32,000 nt of DNA, taken from an uncultured Erysipelotrichaceae bacterium. Its GTDB lineage: Bacteria; Bacillota_I; Bacilli_A; Erysipelotrichales; Erysipelotrichaceae. The notes under the pieces were generated by a model that was not told the origin of the DNA, did no database searches, and worked only from the letters and a program-made list of their open reading frames with translations. The stretch is from positions 1,620,001 through 1,652,000 of the forward strand of contig OW818653.1 of the NCBI GenBank assembly GCA_942492995.1. Reading direction: 5' to 3'. Of the stretch, positions 1 to 9,297 are shown one piece after another; positions within the stretch are counted from its first letter, which is position 1; every line of letters starts with the position of its first letter. Position numbers and translations under genes: made by a program.

Positions 1-1
1 A

Positions 2-2206
2 GTACGTCTCAAACAAACGAAGAATCCTCAACTTATTATCTTAAACCAAGATTTAGATGAAGGATTTGAAATACTTGATCCACAAATACGTGTATATGGT
101 TCAAAAGAACTCTTTAATCATGCGGTTCATATTGGACGTTACCAAAGTAAATTTAAAGAAGCTGAAACCCTACATTCTTATCAAGAATTGGATAAAGGGG
201 ATTATGTCGTACATCACCAATACGGTGTTGGACAATACATTGGGACGATAACCAAAGAAGTAAATGGAATACATCGTGATTTCTTGCATATCGTCTATCG
301 TAATGATAGTAATCTTTTTGTGCCACTTGAACAATTTCAATTGGTGCGTAAATTTGTGTCGCGTGAAGGAGTAGTACCTAAACTACATACTCTAGGATCC
401 AATGAATGGAAGAAGACAAAAGCGAAGATTAGAGAGAATGTTAAGGATATAGCAGAGAGACTCATCGAATTATATGGAACACGTGAGAATGAAATCGCGT
501 ACCAATTCTCTGAAGATACCGAACTTCAAAAAGAATTTGAACGTGAGTTTGAATATCCTTTAACCCGTGACCAAGAACTTGCAGTGAATGATGTTAAAAA
601 GGATATGATGGGTAAGAAACCAATGGATCGTCTCTTATGCGGAGATGTTGGATTTGGTAAAACAGAAGTCGCACTCAGAGCTGCGTTTAAAGCGGTTAGT
701 GAGAAGAAACAAGTCGCATTCCTATGTCCAACGACCGTATTATCTGCGCAACATTATCGTACCTTCATGCATCGATTGGAGAATTTCCCAGTAAATGTGG
801 CAGTTTTAAATCGTTTCGTCCCTGAATCTCACCAAAGAGAAATCGTAAAAGCAGTTAAAGCAGGTCAAATTGACATCCTTATCGGAACACATCGTATTCT
901 ATCCAAAGATATCCAATTCAAAGACTTAGGTCTATTGGTTATCGATGAGGAACAACGTTTCGGAGTTGAACATAAAGAAAAAATCAAAGAAGTCAGAAAA
1001 TCTGTCCATGTATTATCCCTCAGCGCAACACCAATCCCAAGAACTTTACAAATGTCCTTGGTAGGAGTACGTTCACTTTCACAACTTGAAACTCCACCTT
1101 TGAATCGTTTACCGATTCTTACATACGTCATTGAAAAGAATAAATCCGTTATACGAGATGTTATTCAACGAGAATTATCTCGTAATGGTCAAGTTTTCTA
1201 CCTCTATAACAATGTCTCAGAAATTCATAATATCGCCCTTCAAATTGAAAAGGATATTCCAGATGCGAAAGTAGCGGTTGCGCATGGGCAGATGCATCGT
1301 GATGATATCGAAGATGTCATGTTAAGATTCACCAGTAATCAAGCCAATGTACTCGTTTGTACAACCATCGTAGAAACGGGGATTGATATACCGAATGCGA
1401 ATACCATTATCATCGATCAAGCCGATAAATTCGGATTATCACAGCTCTACCAAATAAAAGGTCGCGTTGGACGTAGTAATCGACTAGCTTATGCCTATTT
1501 AATGTATCAACCGAAAAAAGCACTCACAGAGATTGCCCAAAAACGTCTTCAATCAATTAAAGAATTTACTGAACTTGGAAGTGGTTATAAAATTGCGATG
1601 CGTGACTTAACCATTCGTGGAGCAGGGGAAATGTTAGGAGATATGCAGTCTGGATTCATCGACACCGTTGGGATTGATATGTACATTGAGATGTTAACGC
1701 AAGCAATTGAAGAAAAACGCACCGGAATTATTGTCGAAGATACAGAACCAGTAATCAAACAAACCATTCAAATCGATGGATACATTCCGCAACAATTCGA
1801 ACCGAAAGACTTTGAGAAACTATCCCTGTATCAACGCATTGATGATGCGAAGACGCAAAGCACTTTAGCTAAACTCCAGGAAGAAACGAAAGATTTATAT
1901 GGTAAACTCCCTAAATCAGTCGTATTATTGTTTGAAAAGAAACGTTGGGAACTATTATTAGAATCACCGTTTGTCCAAAGCTTCAAAGAACTTAAATCTG
2001 AATTACAACTCATTTTCACGAATGATTGGTCCAGTAAAGTGGATGGCGTAAAATTCTTTGAGATGGTTTCTAAATTATCCAATGAAGTAAAATTAAAGTA
2101 TACGGGTGGAAATATCGTATTAATCATACCTAAGATGGAAGATTGGTTATTCTTAGCCACTTCAATCTTAGATAAGACAATGACTGTACCACTTAAAAGG
2201 AGTTAA
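2..2206 (+). CDS. mfd: Transcription-repair coupling factor Mfd, 5'-truncated by the window edge (C-terminal ~735 aa present)
   Basis: Frame 2 is open from nt 2 through the track ATG at 188, so the gene begins upstream of the window. It has LDKGDYVVHHQYGVGQY (CarD/TRCF RNAP-interaction module). SF2 helicase motifs are GDVGFGKTEVA, VIDEEQRFG, SATPIPRTL, TTIVETGIDIPNANT and QIKGRVGRS, followed by a C-terminal TRCF domain. Confidence 0.95.
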   Translation, partial: VRLKQTKNPQLIILNQDLDEGFEILDPQIRVYGSKELFNHAVHIGRYQSKFKEAETLHSYQELDKGDYVVHHQYGVGQYIGTITKEVNGIHRDFLHIVYRNDSNLFVPLEQFQLVRKFVSREGVVPKLHTLGSNEWKKTKAKIRENVKDIAERLIELYGTRENEIAYQFSEDTELQKEFEREFEYPLTRDQELAVNDVKKDMMGKKPMDRLLCGDVGFGKTEVALRAAFKAVSEKKQVAFLCPTTVLSAQHYRTFMHRLENFPVNVAVLNRFVPESHQREIVKAVKAGQIDILIGTHRILSKDIQFKDLGLLVIDEEQRFGVEHKEKIKEVRKSVHVLSLSATPIPRTLQMSLVGVRSLSQLETPPLNRLPILTYVIEKNKSVIRDVIQRELSRNGQVFYLYNNVSEIHNIALQIEKDIPDAKVAVAHGQMHRDDIEDVMLRFTSNQANVLVCTTIVETGIDIPNANTIIIDQADKFGLSQLYQIKGRVGRSNRLAYAYLMYQPKKALTEIAQKRLQSIKEFTELGSGYKIAMRDLTIRGAGEMLGDMQSGFIDTVGIDMYIEMLTQAIEEKRTGIIVEDTEPVIKQTIQIDGYIPQQFEPKDFEKLSLYQRIDDAKTQSTLAKLQEETKDLYGKLPKSVVLLFEKKRWELLLESPFVQSFKELKSELQLIFTNDWSSKVDGVKFFEMVSKLSNEVKLKYTGGNIVLIIPKMEDWLFLATSILDKTMTVPLKRS

Positions 2207-2207
2207 T

Positions 2208-2504
2208 ATGCGTATTGATCAATACTTAAAAATAGCGAGAATTGTTAAAAAACGTCCTGTTTCGAAAGAATTAGCGAATCAGGAACGTATTCTTATCAAT
2301 GGTAAAACCGCAAAACCATCCAGTGATGTTAAAATCGGGGATGAAGTCGATTGTGTGTTTGGGAATCGACACCTAAAAATACGCGTTTTAGCCATTGCGG
2401 AGAATATTAAGAAGGCTCAAGCACTTACGTTGTATGAAATTATCCAAGAAGAACGCATTCTATTGAATCAAGAAAATAGAGTGAATGAATTGAATAAAGA
2501 ATGA
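2208..2504 (+). CDS. rqcP: S4-domain RNA-binding protein, YabO/RqcP type (ribosome quality control)
   Basis: 98 aa, MRIDQYLKIARIVKKR...INGKTAKPSSDVKIGDEV is an S4 fold. It closely resembles B. subtilis YabO and has the same position, after mfd and before divIC. It starts 1 nt after the mfd stop. Confidence 0.8.
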   Translation: MRIDQYLKIARIVKKRPVSKELANQERILINGKTAKPSSDVKIGDEVDCVFGNRHLKIRVLAIAENIKKAQALTLYEIIQEERILLNQENRVNELNKE

Positions 2505-2528
2505 ATGAGGGTATAATAAACTTACATC

Positions 2529-2837
2529 ATGAAAAAGAAAATTAAGAATCGATTTAACACGATTGTGATTAGTGCCGTTCTATTGTTTGGGACCGTCTTT
2601 TTGATGATTCCAGTTGTCGAAGAAATTGGGAATACACTTCGTTTAAGTGAGAGTTTAAAACAAGTTCAAGCAGAGCTTGTCGTACTTGAACAAGAGAATA
2701 ATACACTCAATGAACAGAAGACAAAATTATTGGATCCAGAGTATGTTAAAAGTTACGCACGTGCGAATTATATGTTAACTAAAGAAGGTGAACAGATTTA
2801 TTATCTTCCTAAGGATGATTCAAACGATACGGATTAA
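2529..2837 (+). CDS. divIC: Septum formation initiator, FtsB/DivIC family
   Basis: 102 aa with one N-terminal TM helix (IVISAVLLFGTVFLMIPVV), then a coiled coil (LKQVQAELVVLEQENNTLNEQKTKLLDPEYVKSYARANYML) typical of the family. Bacillus-like position after yabO. Confidence 0.75.
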   Translation: MKKKIKNRFNTIVISAVLLFGTVFLMIPVVEEIGNTLRLSESLKQVQAELVVLEQENNTLNEQKTKLLDPEYVKSYARANYMLTKEGEQIYYLPKDDSNDTD

Positions 2838-2860
2838 GAAGGGAGACCTTCTTTTAGTTT
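2836..2860 (+). terminator. Intrinsic terminator after divIC
   Basis: AAGAAGG-gaga-CCTTCTT hairpin (7-bp stem) followed by a T-rich run. It overlaps the divIC stop codon. Confidence 0.7.
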
Positions 2861-2909
2861 TCTTTAAAAAAGATTAATGATATTATAAAAAAGCAAAAAG
2901 GAGATTAAT

Positions 2910-4481
2910 ATGAAAAGACCTGTTGTGTTTGTCGTTATGGATGGCATTGGGCTATCCGAAAATATTGTTGGGAATGCGGTAAAAGCATCGTATACACCAA
3001 CCCTTGACCGTTTAATGAGTACACTTCCTTACGCATCCATCCAAGCTCATGGAGTTGCGGTAGGCTTACCAAGTGATGAAGATATGGGGAATAGTGAAGT
3101 TGGACATAATGCGATTGGGTGTGGTCAAATCTATGCTCAAGGTGCGAAATTAGTAAATGCGTCGATTGAGACTGGAGATATCTTTACCTCTGAGACATGG
3201 GTTAAGGCAACAACTCAAGCTCAAACATCCACCATGCATTTTATCGGGTTATTATCCGATGGAAATGTTCACTCACATATTAACCACTTAATCGCTATGG
3301 TTAAACAAGCGAAAAAAGATGGTGTTAAAAAAGTTCGTTCACATATTCTATTAGATGGTCGTGATGTACCTGCGACTTCTGGATTAATCTATGTAGAACA
3401 ATTAGAAAATGAATTTAAAGCACTTAATGACAGTAACTTTGATGCGAAAATTGCGTCTGGTGGCGGCAGAATGCTTGTCACAATGGACCGTTATGATGCG
3501 GATTGGTCGATGGTTGAACGTGGTTGGAATACACATGTATTAGGCGAAGGACGTCAATTTACTTCCGCAAAAGAAGCAATTGAAACCTATCGTACTGAAC
3601 TTGAATGTAACGATCAGTTCTTACCTGCATTTGTTATCGCAGAAAATGGTGAACCTGTTGGTAAGATTGTGGATGGCGATACCGTTATCTTCAATAACTT
3701 CCGTGGTGACCGTGCCATTGAAATCACTAAAGCGTTTGAATTTGCGGAAAAAGATTTCCCTTACTTCGATCGTAAGTTTGTCCCTAATGTCTTCTATGCT
3801 GGTATGTTACAGTATGACGGAGATTTACAAATCCCTAAAAACTTCTTAGTAACGCCTCCTCGTATTAAAAATACGTTGAGTGAAAAGTTAGTCAAAGAAG
3901 GTGTAAATCAATTCGCAATCAGTGAAACACAGAAATTCGGTCACGTTACCTACTTCTGGAATGGTAATCGTACTGAAAAGTTTGATGATAAATTAGAAAC
4001 ATACGTTGAAATCAAATCTGACTTAGTTCCTTTTGAACAAAGACCTTGGATGAAAGCAGCTGATATTACTGATAAACTAATTGAAGCAATCGAATCTCAA
4101 GAATATGGTTTCTTACGTTGTAACTTCCCGAATGGGGATATGGTTGGACATACTGGTAACTTCTTAGCTACCATCATCGGTGTTGAAACTGTTGATTTAC
4201 AATTAAAACGTATCATGACGGCAGTTGAAAAAGTTAATGGTATCTTGGTTGTGACAGCTGACCATGGTAATGCGGATGAAATGTATGAGAAATCAAAAGA
4301 TCCAAGTGCTACACCTAAACCTAAGACAAGTCACACATTAAATCCTGTCCCATTCTTCATTATTGGACAAGATGTAAAGTTTAAAGAAGGTAACTTTGGT
4401 TTAGCGAATATCGCTTCTACCATTACTGACTTAATGGGAATTGAAAAAGATCCTGCTTGGTTAGAAAGCTTAATTAAATAA
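2910..4481 (+). CDS. gpmI: 2,3-bisphosphoglycerate-independent phosphoglycerate mutase
   Basis: 523 aa. N-terminal VVMDGIGLS...MGNSEVGHNAIG (catalytic Ser/metal site) and C-terminal VTADHGNADEM are iPGM hallmarks. SD AAAGGAG lies 6 nt upstream. Confidence 0.93.
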   Translation: MKRPVVFVVMDGIGLSENIVGNAVKASYTPTLDRLMSTLPYASIQAHGVAVGLPSDEDMGNSEVGHNAIGCGQIYAQGAKLVNASIETGDIFTSETWVKATTQAQTSTMHFIGLLSDGNVHSHINHLIAMVKQAKKDGVKKVRSHILLDGRDVPATSGLIYVEQLENEFKALNDSNFDAKIASGGGRMLVTMDRYDADWSMVERGWNTHVLGEGRQFTSAKEAIETYRTELECNDQFLPAFVIAENGEPVGKIVDGDTVIFNNFRGDRAIEITKAFEFAEKDFPYFDRKFVPNVFYAGMLQYDGDLQIPKNFLVTPPRIKNTLSEKLVKEGVNQFAISETQKFGHVTYFWNGNRTEKFDDKLETYVEIKSDLVPFEQRPWMKAADITDKLIEAIESQEYGFLRCNFPNGDMVGHTGNFLATIIGVETVDLQLKRIMTAVEKVNGILVVTADHGNADEMYEKSKDPSATPKPKTSHTLNPVPFFIIGQDVKFKEGNFGLANIASTITDLMGIEKDPAWLESLIK

Positions 4482-4485
4482 AATG

Positions 4486-4508
4486 AACCTCCTTCGGGAG
4501 GTTTTTTG
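4486..4508 (+). terminator. Intrinsic terminator after gpmI
   Basis: AACCTCC-ttcg-GGAGGTT hairpin followed by TTTT. Confidence 0.85.
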
Positions 4509-4571
4509 TTTAACAGGATGTCAATTTTATAGATATAATGATGCTAATTAGTAATAAAATAATTTATTTAA

Positions 4572-4590
4572 TAATTACTAATAGTAATTA
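4572..4590. promoter_or_regulatory. Perfect 19-bp palindrome (candidate operator) upstream of the zinc-ribbon membrane gene
   Basis: TAATTACTA-A-TAGTAATTA has 9-bp perfect arms and a 1-nt spacer. A third TAGTAAT half-site lies at 4549-4555. Confidence 0.4.
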
Positions 4591-4662
4591 ATTCTTTACA
4601 TAAAATAAATTAACATAATATTAATGTAAAAAGTGATAGGATTTCTAAGTGGGGGGGGAAAT

Positions 4663-5346
4663 ATGATCAATTCATGCCCAAATTGTGGTTCAAAATTACC
4701 ACTTAGTTTACATTTTCATTTGGTTAGAAAACATTGTCCAAATTGTCATTCAACATTAGTTTATAAGCGAAAATTACGTATAATATTAGCAATCTTTATA
4801 GTTATATTAATGTTATTTGCTAAAGATAATTTCTATCTTTATCCGGTTATCTTAGTAATTACATTTGTATTTCAACCTTTAATCTCTGTTTTTATTGGTT
4901 ATGATATTCATCAAAAAATAACTGCAGAATATGTATTTGAGTATTCAAAAGGAGCTTCAGCGATTTTCTTACTTTATTTAATTGGGATTATCTTTGCTGG
5001 GGGCTATTTTTTTGTTTTTAGTCTTGGATTGTCAGCGTCTTATCGACTACTACTTTTAGCGCTTATAAATTTAATTGTTTTTTATATCTTTCAATTAATA
5101 TTAATTATTCTAATTAAGTTTGATTTAGTAAGGAAAATCGCAGCAAACCCAAAACACTATCTTGGGTATATTCTTAGTTGGTTGTTAATGAGTTCAATTG
5201 CTTTAAATGTGTTTGATATGTTGTATCAAACCGCAATGAGACCATATCTAAAATGGACTTTCATAGTATTTGGGTTACTATCAATTATATTTACGACGAC
5301 TCAATATTTATTTAATAAAATAGTACGTGAAGAAAATTTAATTTAG
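4663..5346 (+). CDS. Membrane protein with an N-terminal CxxC...CxxC zinc ribbon and about six TM helices, function unknown
   Basis: I prefer the ATG at 4663 (227 aa) because GGGGGGGGAA lies 4 nt upstream. The track start at 4633 is a GTG with no SD. N-terminus CPNCGSKLPLSLHFHLVRKHCPNCHS, then six hydrophobic segments. Confidence 0.7.
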   Translation: MINSCPNCGSKLPLSLHFHLVRKHCPNCHSTLVYKRKLRIILAIFIVILMLFAKDNFYLYPVILVITFVFQPLISVFIGYDIHQKITAEYVFEYSKGASAIFLLYLIGIIFAGGYFFVFSLGLSASYRLLLLALINLIVFYIFQLILIILIKFDLVRKIAANPKHYLGYILSWLLMSSIALNVFDMLYQTAMRPYLKWTFIVFGLLSIIFTTTQYLFNKIVREENLI

Positions 5347-5347
5347 C

Positions 5348-5371
5348 AAAAACGCTCAATCGAGCGTTTTT
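5348..5371. terminator. Bidirectional terminator between the membrane gene and nudF
   Basis: AAAA-ACGCTC-aatc-GAGCGT-TTTTT has an A-run on one side and a T-run on the other. It overlaps the nudF stop codon. Confidence 0.8.
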
Positions 5372-5900
5372 ATATGTGTTTCTGTAATCGTAGTATTATC
5401 GCAATTGTTTTGGAATCATTAATAATCCCATTATGAACCATATCCAATAATTCAGGATAGGTATATGTTTTAACATTCAAGAATTCACCTGGATCAAGAT
5501 CTTGACCAACAAAAGTTGTTTGAGGTGCAAAGTAGATATAGATAATTTCTGAGAGATAACCAACAGACGGATAAACTAAACCTAAAGGGATAACCTCTAA
5601 CGCTTCATACCCTGTTTCTTCAATCAATTCACGTTTTGCGGCTTCGAGTGGGTCTTCATTGGGTTCAAGTTTACCAGCTGGGAATTCTAACATGACGGTA
5701 GAAAAAGGATAACGGTATTGTTCAACTAACAAGAGTTCACCTTTCTCATTGAATGCGGCGATACAAGCGCCACCTGGATGTTCCACAACTTCACGCATTG
5801 CGAGTCTGCCATCTGGAAGTTCAATCTGATCATGACGAACATTGATAATACGTCCGTTAAATTTAATTTGTGTGCTAAGTGTTTTTTCGATTAGTTTCAT
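5370..5900 (-). CDS. nudF: NUDIX hydrolase, ADP-ribose pyrophosphatase type
   Basis: 176 aa with Nudix box GKLEPNEDPLEAAKRELIEETGY. The layout is typical of ADP-ribose pyrophosphatases (N-terminal beta region, FPAGKLE). Confidence 0.8.
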   Translation of the reverse strand: MKLIEKTLSTQIKFNGRIINVRHDQIELPDGRLAMREVVEHPGGACIAAFNEKGELLLVEQYRYPFSTVMLEFPAGKLEPNEDPLEAAKRELIEETGYEALEVIPLGLVYPSVGYLSEIIYIYFAPQTTFVGQDLDPGEFLNVKTYTYPELLDMVHNGIINDSKTIAIILRLQKHI

Positions 5901-5984
5901 AGTGTCACCATAGTGCGATTATATCATGAGCTTCATTGTTAAACGCAAGCTAGAATGTTAAAATAGGCATACGAGGGAATTGGC

Positions 5985-6617
5985 ATGAAACAAGGATTAT
6001 TTATCACATTTGAAGGACCTGATGGAAGTGGGAAGTCAACCGTTAGTCGATATGTCTACGAATCACTTTTAAAATTAGGTTATCCTGTTATATATACACG
6101 CGAACCAGGCGGAATTGATATTGCGGAACAGATTAGACATATTATCTTAGATCCTAAAAATACCGCAATGGACGCTAAAACTGAAGCATTACTGTATGCG
6201 GCAAGTCGTCGTCAACACTTCGTTGAGAAGATACTTCCTGCGTTAAATGAAAATAAAATTGTCTTATGTGATCGTTTCGTCGATAGTTCTTTGGCGTACC
6301 AAGGAATTGCGCGTGGCATTGGTTTTGATGAAGTCTTGAGTATCAATGAATTTGCGATTGAAGGACATTTCCCAGATTTGACCTTATATTTAGAGATTGA
6401 TGCACATAAAGGCTTAAGTCGCATTGAACGTAGAGCCTTCCTTGATCGTTTAGACCAAGAACCTTTATTGTTTCATGAAAAAGTAGTGGAAGGTTTTCAG
6501 AGTGTTATGGAACACTTTAGTCATAGAGTTACTCGTATTAATGCGGATCAAGATGTACTAAAGGTTCAAGAGGATGCGTTTGAAGTTGTCTTAAATAAGG
6601 TAAAATCCTATGTTTAG
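5985..6617 (+). CDS. tmk: Thymidylate kinase
   Basis: P-loop FITFEGPDGSGKST, TREPGG motif, DRFVDSSLAYQG. SD GAGGGA upstream. Confidence 0.95.
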   Translation: MKQGLFITFEGPDGSGKSTVSRYVYESLLKLGYPVIYTREPGGIDIAEQIRHIILDPKNTAMDAKTEALLYAASRRQHFVEKILPALNENKIVLCDRFVDSSLAYQGIARGIGFDEVLSINEFAIEGHFPDLTLYLEIDAHKGLSRIERRAFLDRLDQEPLLFHEKVVEGFQSVMEHFSHRVTRINADQDVLKVQEDAFEVVLNKVKSYV

Positions 6618-7590
6618 TGAGCAGTTAAAAGAACGCCAAATGATTGTGGAAAAAGTTCTTTTTAATGCGCTAAAGTATAAACAACCATCACATGCCTATC
6701 TATTTGTTGGACCTAAAGGTTCTAAGATGGTTGAAACAGCGATTTTATTGGCTCAAAGTTTAGTGTGTAAACACGCGAATCCATGGGCTTGTGAAACATG
6801 TGATTCATGTCATCGTATTAAAGATGGAATCTATGCGGATTTAGTTATTCTTGATGGATCAGAGAAATCCATTAAGAAAGAAGATGTTCTACACATGCAG
6901 GAACAGTTTTCTAAGACTGCGCTTGAGAGTTATGGGAAGAAGATATATATTATCATCTCTGCAGAGAATGCCTCTACAGAGGCTTTAAATAGCTTATTGA
7001 AGTTTCTTGAAGAACCAAGTGGGTATGATACATATGCCATCTTGATTAGTGAGAAACCAGAGCGATTACTGGAAACGATTGTGTCACGTTGTCAAACCTT
7101 AACATTCAAAGCACAAGATCGTGAAACCTTAATGGAGACATTAAAGGATAGTGAATTAGAACCGTATGAACTTCATTTATTAACCCAAATGGTGAATGAT
7201 AAAGAAGAATTAATGGTTTTAAAGGATAGTGAAGACTTTAGACAATGTCTAAATCATTTCGGTGAATTTATTGATGAATACAATAAAGCACCGTATTTAG
7301 GTGAATTATATCTACAAAACAGTGTATTATGTCGTAAAGACGCACAAAGTGACCGACAACGTTTGACACTCTTTTTAAACATAGGTATGATGTTTTTTAA
7401 GGATGTCTTATTTAAAACGAATACGACATCTATTGTATGGAAGAATCGTATGAATCAATTACCAAGGCAACTCAAGCCTTTGACAGCGTTTACGCTATTT
7501 AATGACAGTGTTCATAAAATCACCACCAATGCGAACTTAGGCTTACTAATTGACGCATTGCTCTACCAACTCAAGGAGGAAGAAGTATGA
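6610..7590 (+). CDS. holB: DNA polymerase III delta-prime subunit
   Basis: AAA+-like N-terminus (HAYLFVGPKGSKM), zinc module C-x8-CETCDSCHRI, SRC motif (IVSRCQTLTF). Overlaps tmk by 8 nt. Bacillus-like synteny. Confidence 0.88.
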   Translation: MFSEQLKERQMIVEKVLFNALKYKQPSHAYLFVGPKGSKMVETAILLAQSLVCKHANPWACETCDSCHRIKDGIYADLVILDGSEKSIKKEDVLHMQEQFSKTALESYGKKIYIIISAENASTEALNSLLKFLEEPSGYDTYAILISEKPERLLETIVSRCQTLTFKAQDRETLMETLKDSELEPYELHLLTQMVNDKEELMVLKDSEDFRQCLNHFGEFIDEYNKAPYLGELYLQNSVLCRKDAQSDRQRLTLFLNIGMMFFKDVLFKTNTTSIVWKNRMNQLPRQLKPLTAFTLFNDSVHKITTNANLGLLIDALLYQLKEEEV

Positions 7591-8456
7591 CCGAAACCGT
7601 GTCACACGAGTATAAATATGTTTTTTCAGTACGTTTTCATGGGAATCAGAAAGCGTATAGTTTTGGAAGTGATGAACCGATCTACGCACATGAAGAATAT
7701 GTGGTTGTAGAAACGGCAAGAGGATTAGAATTAGGCCAAGTTATCAGTGAAGCTCGATTAAAGGCTGAATTGAATCTAACTACTGAATTAAAACCAATTC
7801 TTCGTAAGGCGACTGAGAAGGATGTGAATAGTTATCATAAGAACCAAGATGAAGCAAAAGAGGCATTAAAAACCTGTAATGAGTTGATTCAAAAGTTAAA
7901 ACTTGATATGAATTTAATCAGTGCAGAATATACCTTAGATCGTTCTAAGATTATATTTGTGTATGTTGCGGATGAAAGAGTTGATTTTAGAGAACTCTTA
8001 AAAGATTTAGCAGGACAATTAAAGTGTCGTATTGAACTTAAACAAATCGGACCTCGTGATAAAGCCAAGATGATTGGTGGTATAGGACCGTGTGGGTTAG
8101 AGACTTGTTGTTCAAAGTTCTTGAATAACTTTGATGTCGTATCCATTAATATGGCTAAAAACCAACTATTAGCACTTAACATTTCCAAGTTATCTGGACA
8201 ATGTGGAAAGCTAATGTGTTGTTTGAAATATGAGGACGAGAACTACAAAGATATGCGTAAAGGTTGTCCTAAGATGAATGAACAAATTGATCATGATGGT
8301 AAACGTTACCGTGTGACGAGTATGAATGTAATTACGGGACAAGCTAAGTTAGAGAATCGTGAAGAAGCGCATTTCTTACCGTTTGAAGAAGCATTTAAAG
8401 ATTATCGTAAGAAGGAAAATTCAACCAATGAAGAGACAAAAGAGCTTTCAGAATGA
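7587..8456 (+). CDS. ricT: PSP1-domain protein RicT/YaaT
   Basis: 289 aa with a PSP1 C-terminal domain and the Cys clusters GPCGLETCCSKF and CGKLMCCLKYE. ATGA overlap with holB. Position after holB as in Bacillus. Confidence 0.88.
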   Translation: MTETVSHEYKYVFSVRFHGNQKAYSFGSDEPIYAHEEYVVVETARGLELGQVISEARLKAELNLTTELKPILRKATEKDVNSYHKNQDEAKEALKTCNELIQKLKLDMNLISAEYTLDRSKIIFVYVADERVDFRELLKDLAGQLKCRIELKQIGPRDKAKMIGGIGPCGLETCCSKFLNNFDVVSINMAKNQLLALNISKLSGQCGKLMCCLKYEDENYKDMRKGCPKMNEQIDHDGKRYRVTSMNVITGQAKLENREEAHFLPFEEAFKDYRKKENSTNEETKELSE

Positions 8457-9297
8457 AATCTGTAGTCTTTATCTAGTCGCAACACCCATCGGTAATTTGG
8501 AAGAAATGACGCCTCGTGCGATTGAAATTCTAAAAGATGTGAGTGTTATTGCGGCAGAAGACACACGGAATACCGTTCGTTTACTTCAACATTTCGAAAT
8601 TAAGACGAAACTTATTGCGCATCATTCGCATAATGAACATGATAGTGCGTCTGGAATTATTAAGTTACTTCAAAGTGGTCAGGATGTTGCGTTGGTAAGT
8701 GATGCAGGTTATCCTCTCATAAGTGATCCAGGTTCATATCTTGTACAGTCGGTTATTGATGCAGGCTTTAATGTGGTTCCTATCTCAGGTAGTAGTGCAG
8801 TATTGAACGCACTCGTTGCGTCTGGATTATCTCCTCAACCATTCTTGTTTTATGGGTTTCTACCGTTACAAGATAAAGAGTGTAATCAAGAGTTGAATCA
8901 ATTAAAGGCATACCCTTATACACTTGTATTCTACGAAGCACCGCATCGTATCCAGAAAACCATCCAAAAGATGATTCCAGTGATGGGTGATCGTAAAGCA
9001 TGCCTTGCGCGTGAGATTACGAAGATGTATGAAGAGTTTATGCGTGGCACATTAAGTGAGATTCTAGAAAATAGTGAAGATCTTAAAGGTGAATTAGTGT
9101 TGATTGTGGAAGGAAATACTGAAGACAGAGAGAAAGCCATTGATTTAACAGAGATTCACCAAAGAATCAAAGTGTATATCGAAGGTGGTGTCAGTGCTTC
9201 GCAAGCGATTAAACAGGTCGCAAAGGATACAGGTATGAATAAGAATGATATCTATTCGTTCTATCATTCCAAGGATATTAAAAACGAGCATTCTTAA
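8428..9297 (+). CDS. rsmI: 16S rRNA (cytidine1402-2'-O)-methyltransferase
   Basis: LYLVATPIGNLEEMTPRA, AEDTRNT and FYEAPHR motifs. I prefer the ATG at 8428 (289 aa; AAGGAAA 8 nt upstream) because the conserved N-terminus begins just after it. The track start at 8359 lies deep inside ricT. Confidence 0.9.
   Translation: MKRQKSFQNEICSLYLVATPIGNLEEMTPRAIEILKDVSVIAAEDTRNTVRLLQHFEIKTKLIAHHSHNEHDSASGIIKLLQSGQDVALVSDAGYPLISDPGSYLVQSVIDAGFNVVPISGSSAVLNALVASGLSPQPFLFYGFLPLQDKECNQELNQLKAYPYTLVFYEAPHRIQKTIQKMIPVMGDRKACLAREITKMYEEFMRGTLSEILENSEDLKGELVLIVEGNTEDREKAIDLTEIHQRIKVYIEGGVSASQAIKQVAKDTGMNKNDIYSFYHSKDIKNEHS

Noticed and set aside
57-2160. Track ORFs 57-251(+), 865-1131(-), 1585-1767(-) and 1831-2160(-).
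   Set aside because: All lie inside or antisense to the mfd reading frame. They have no SD and low-complexity translations. The mfd frame is continuous and motif-rich.
4633-4662. GTG at 4633 as the start of the zinc-ribbon membrane gene.
   Set aside because: It has no SD. The downstream ATG at 4663 has the G8/SD-like tract at proper spacing, and the zinc ribbon begins right after it.
8359-8427. Upstream extension of rsmI (track start 8359). The same reasoning applies to the permease (23603), the kinase (25146), noc (31047) and chrA (GTG 18442).
   Set aside because: Each extension overlaps the preceding gene extensively, or a promoter element in the chrA case. None is preceded by an SD, whereas an internal ATG with a good SD or correct geometry sits at the conserved N-terminus.
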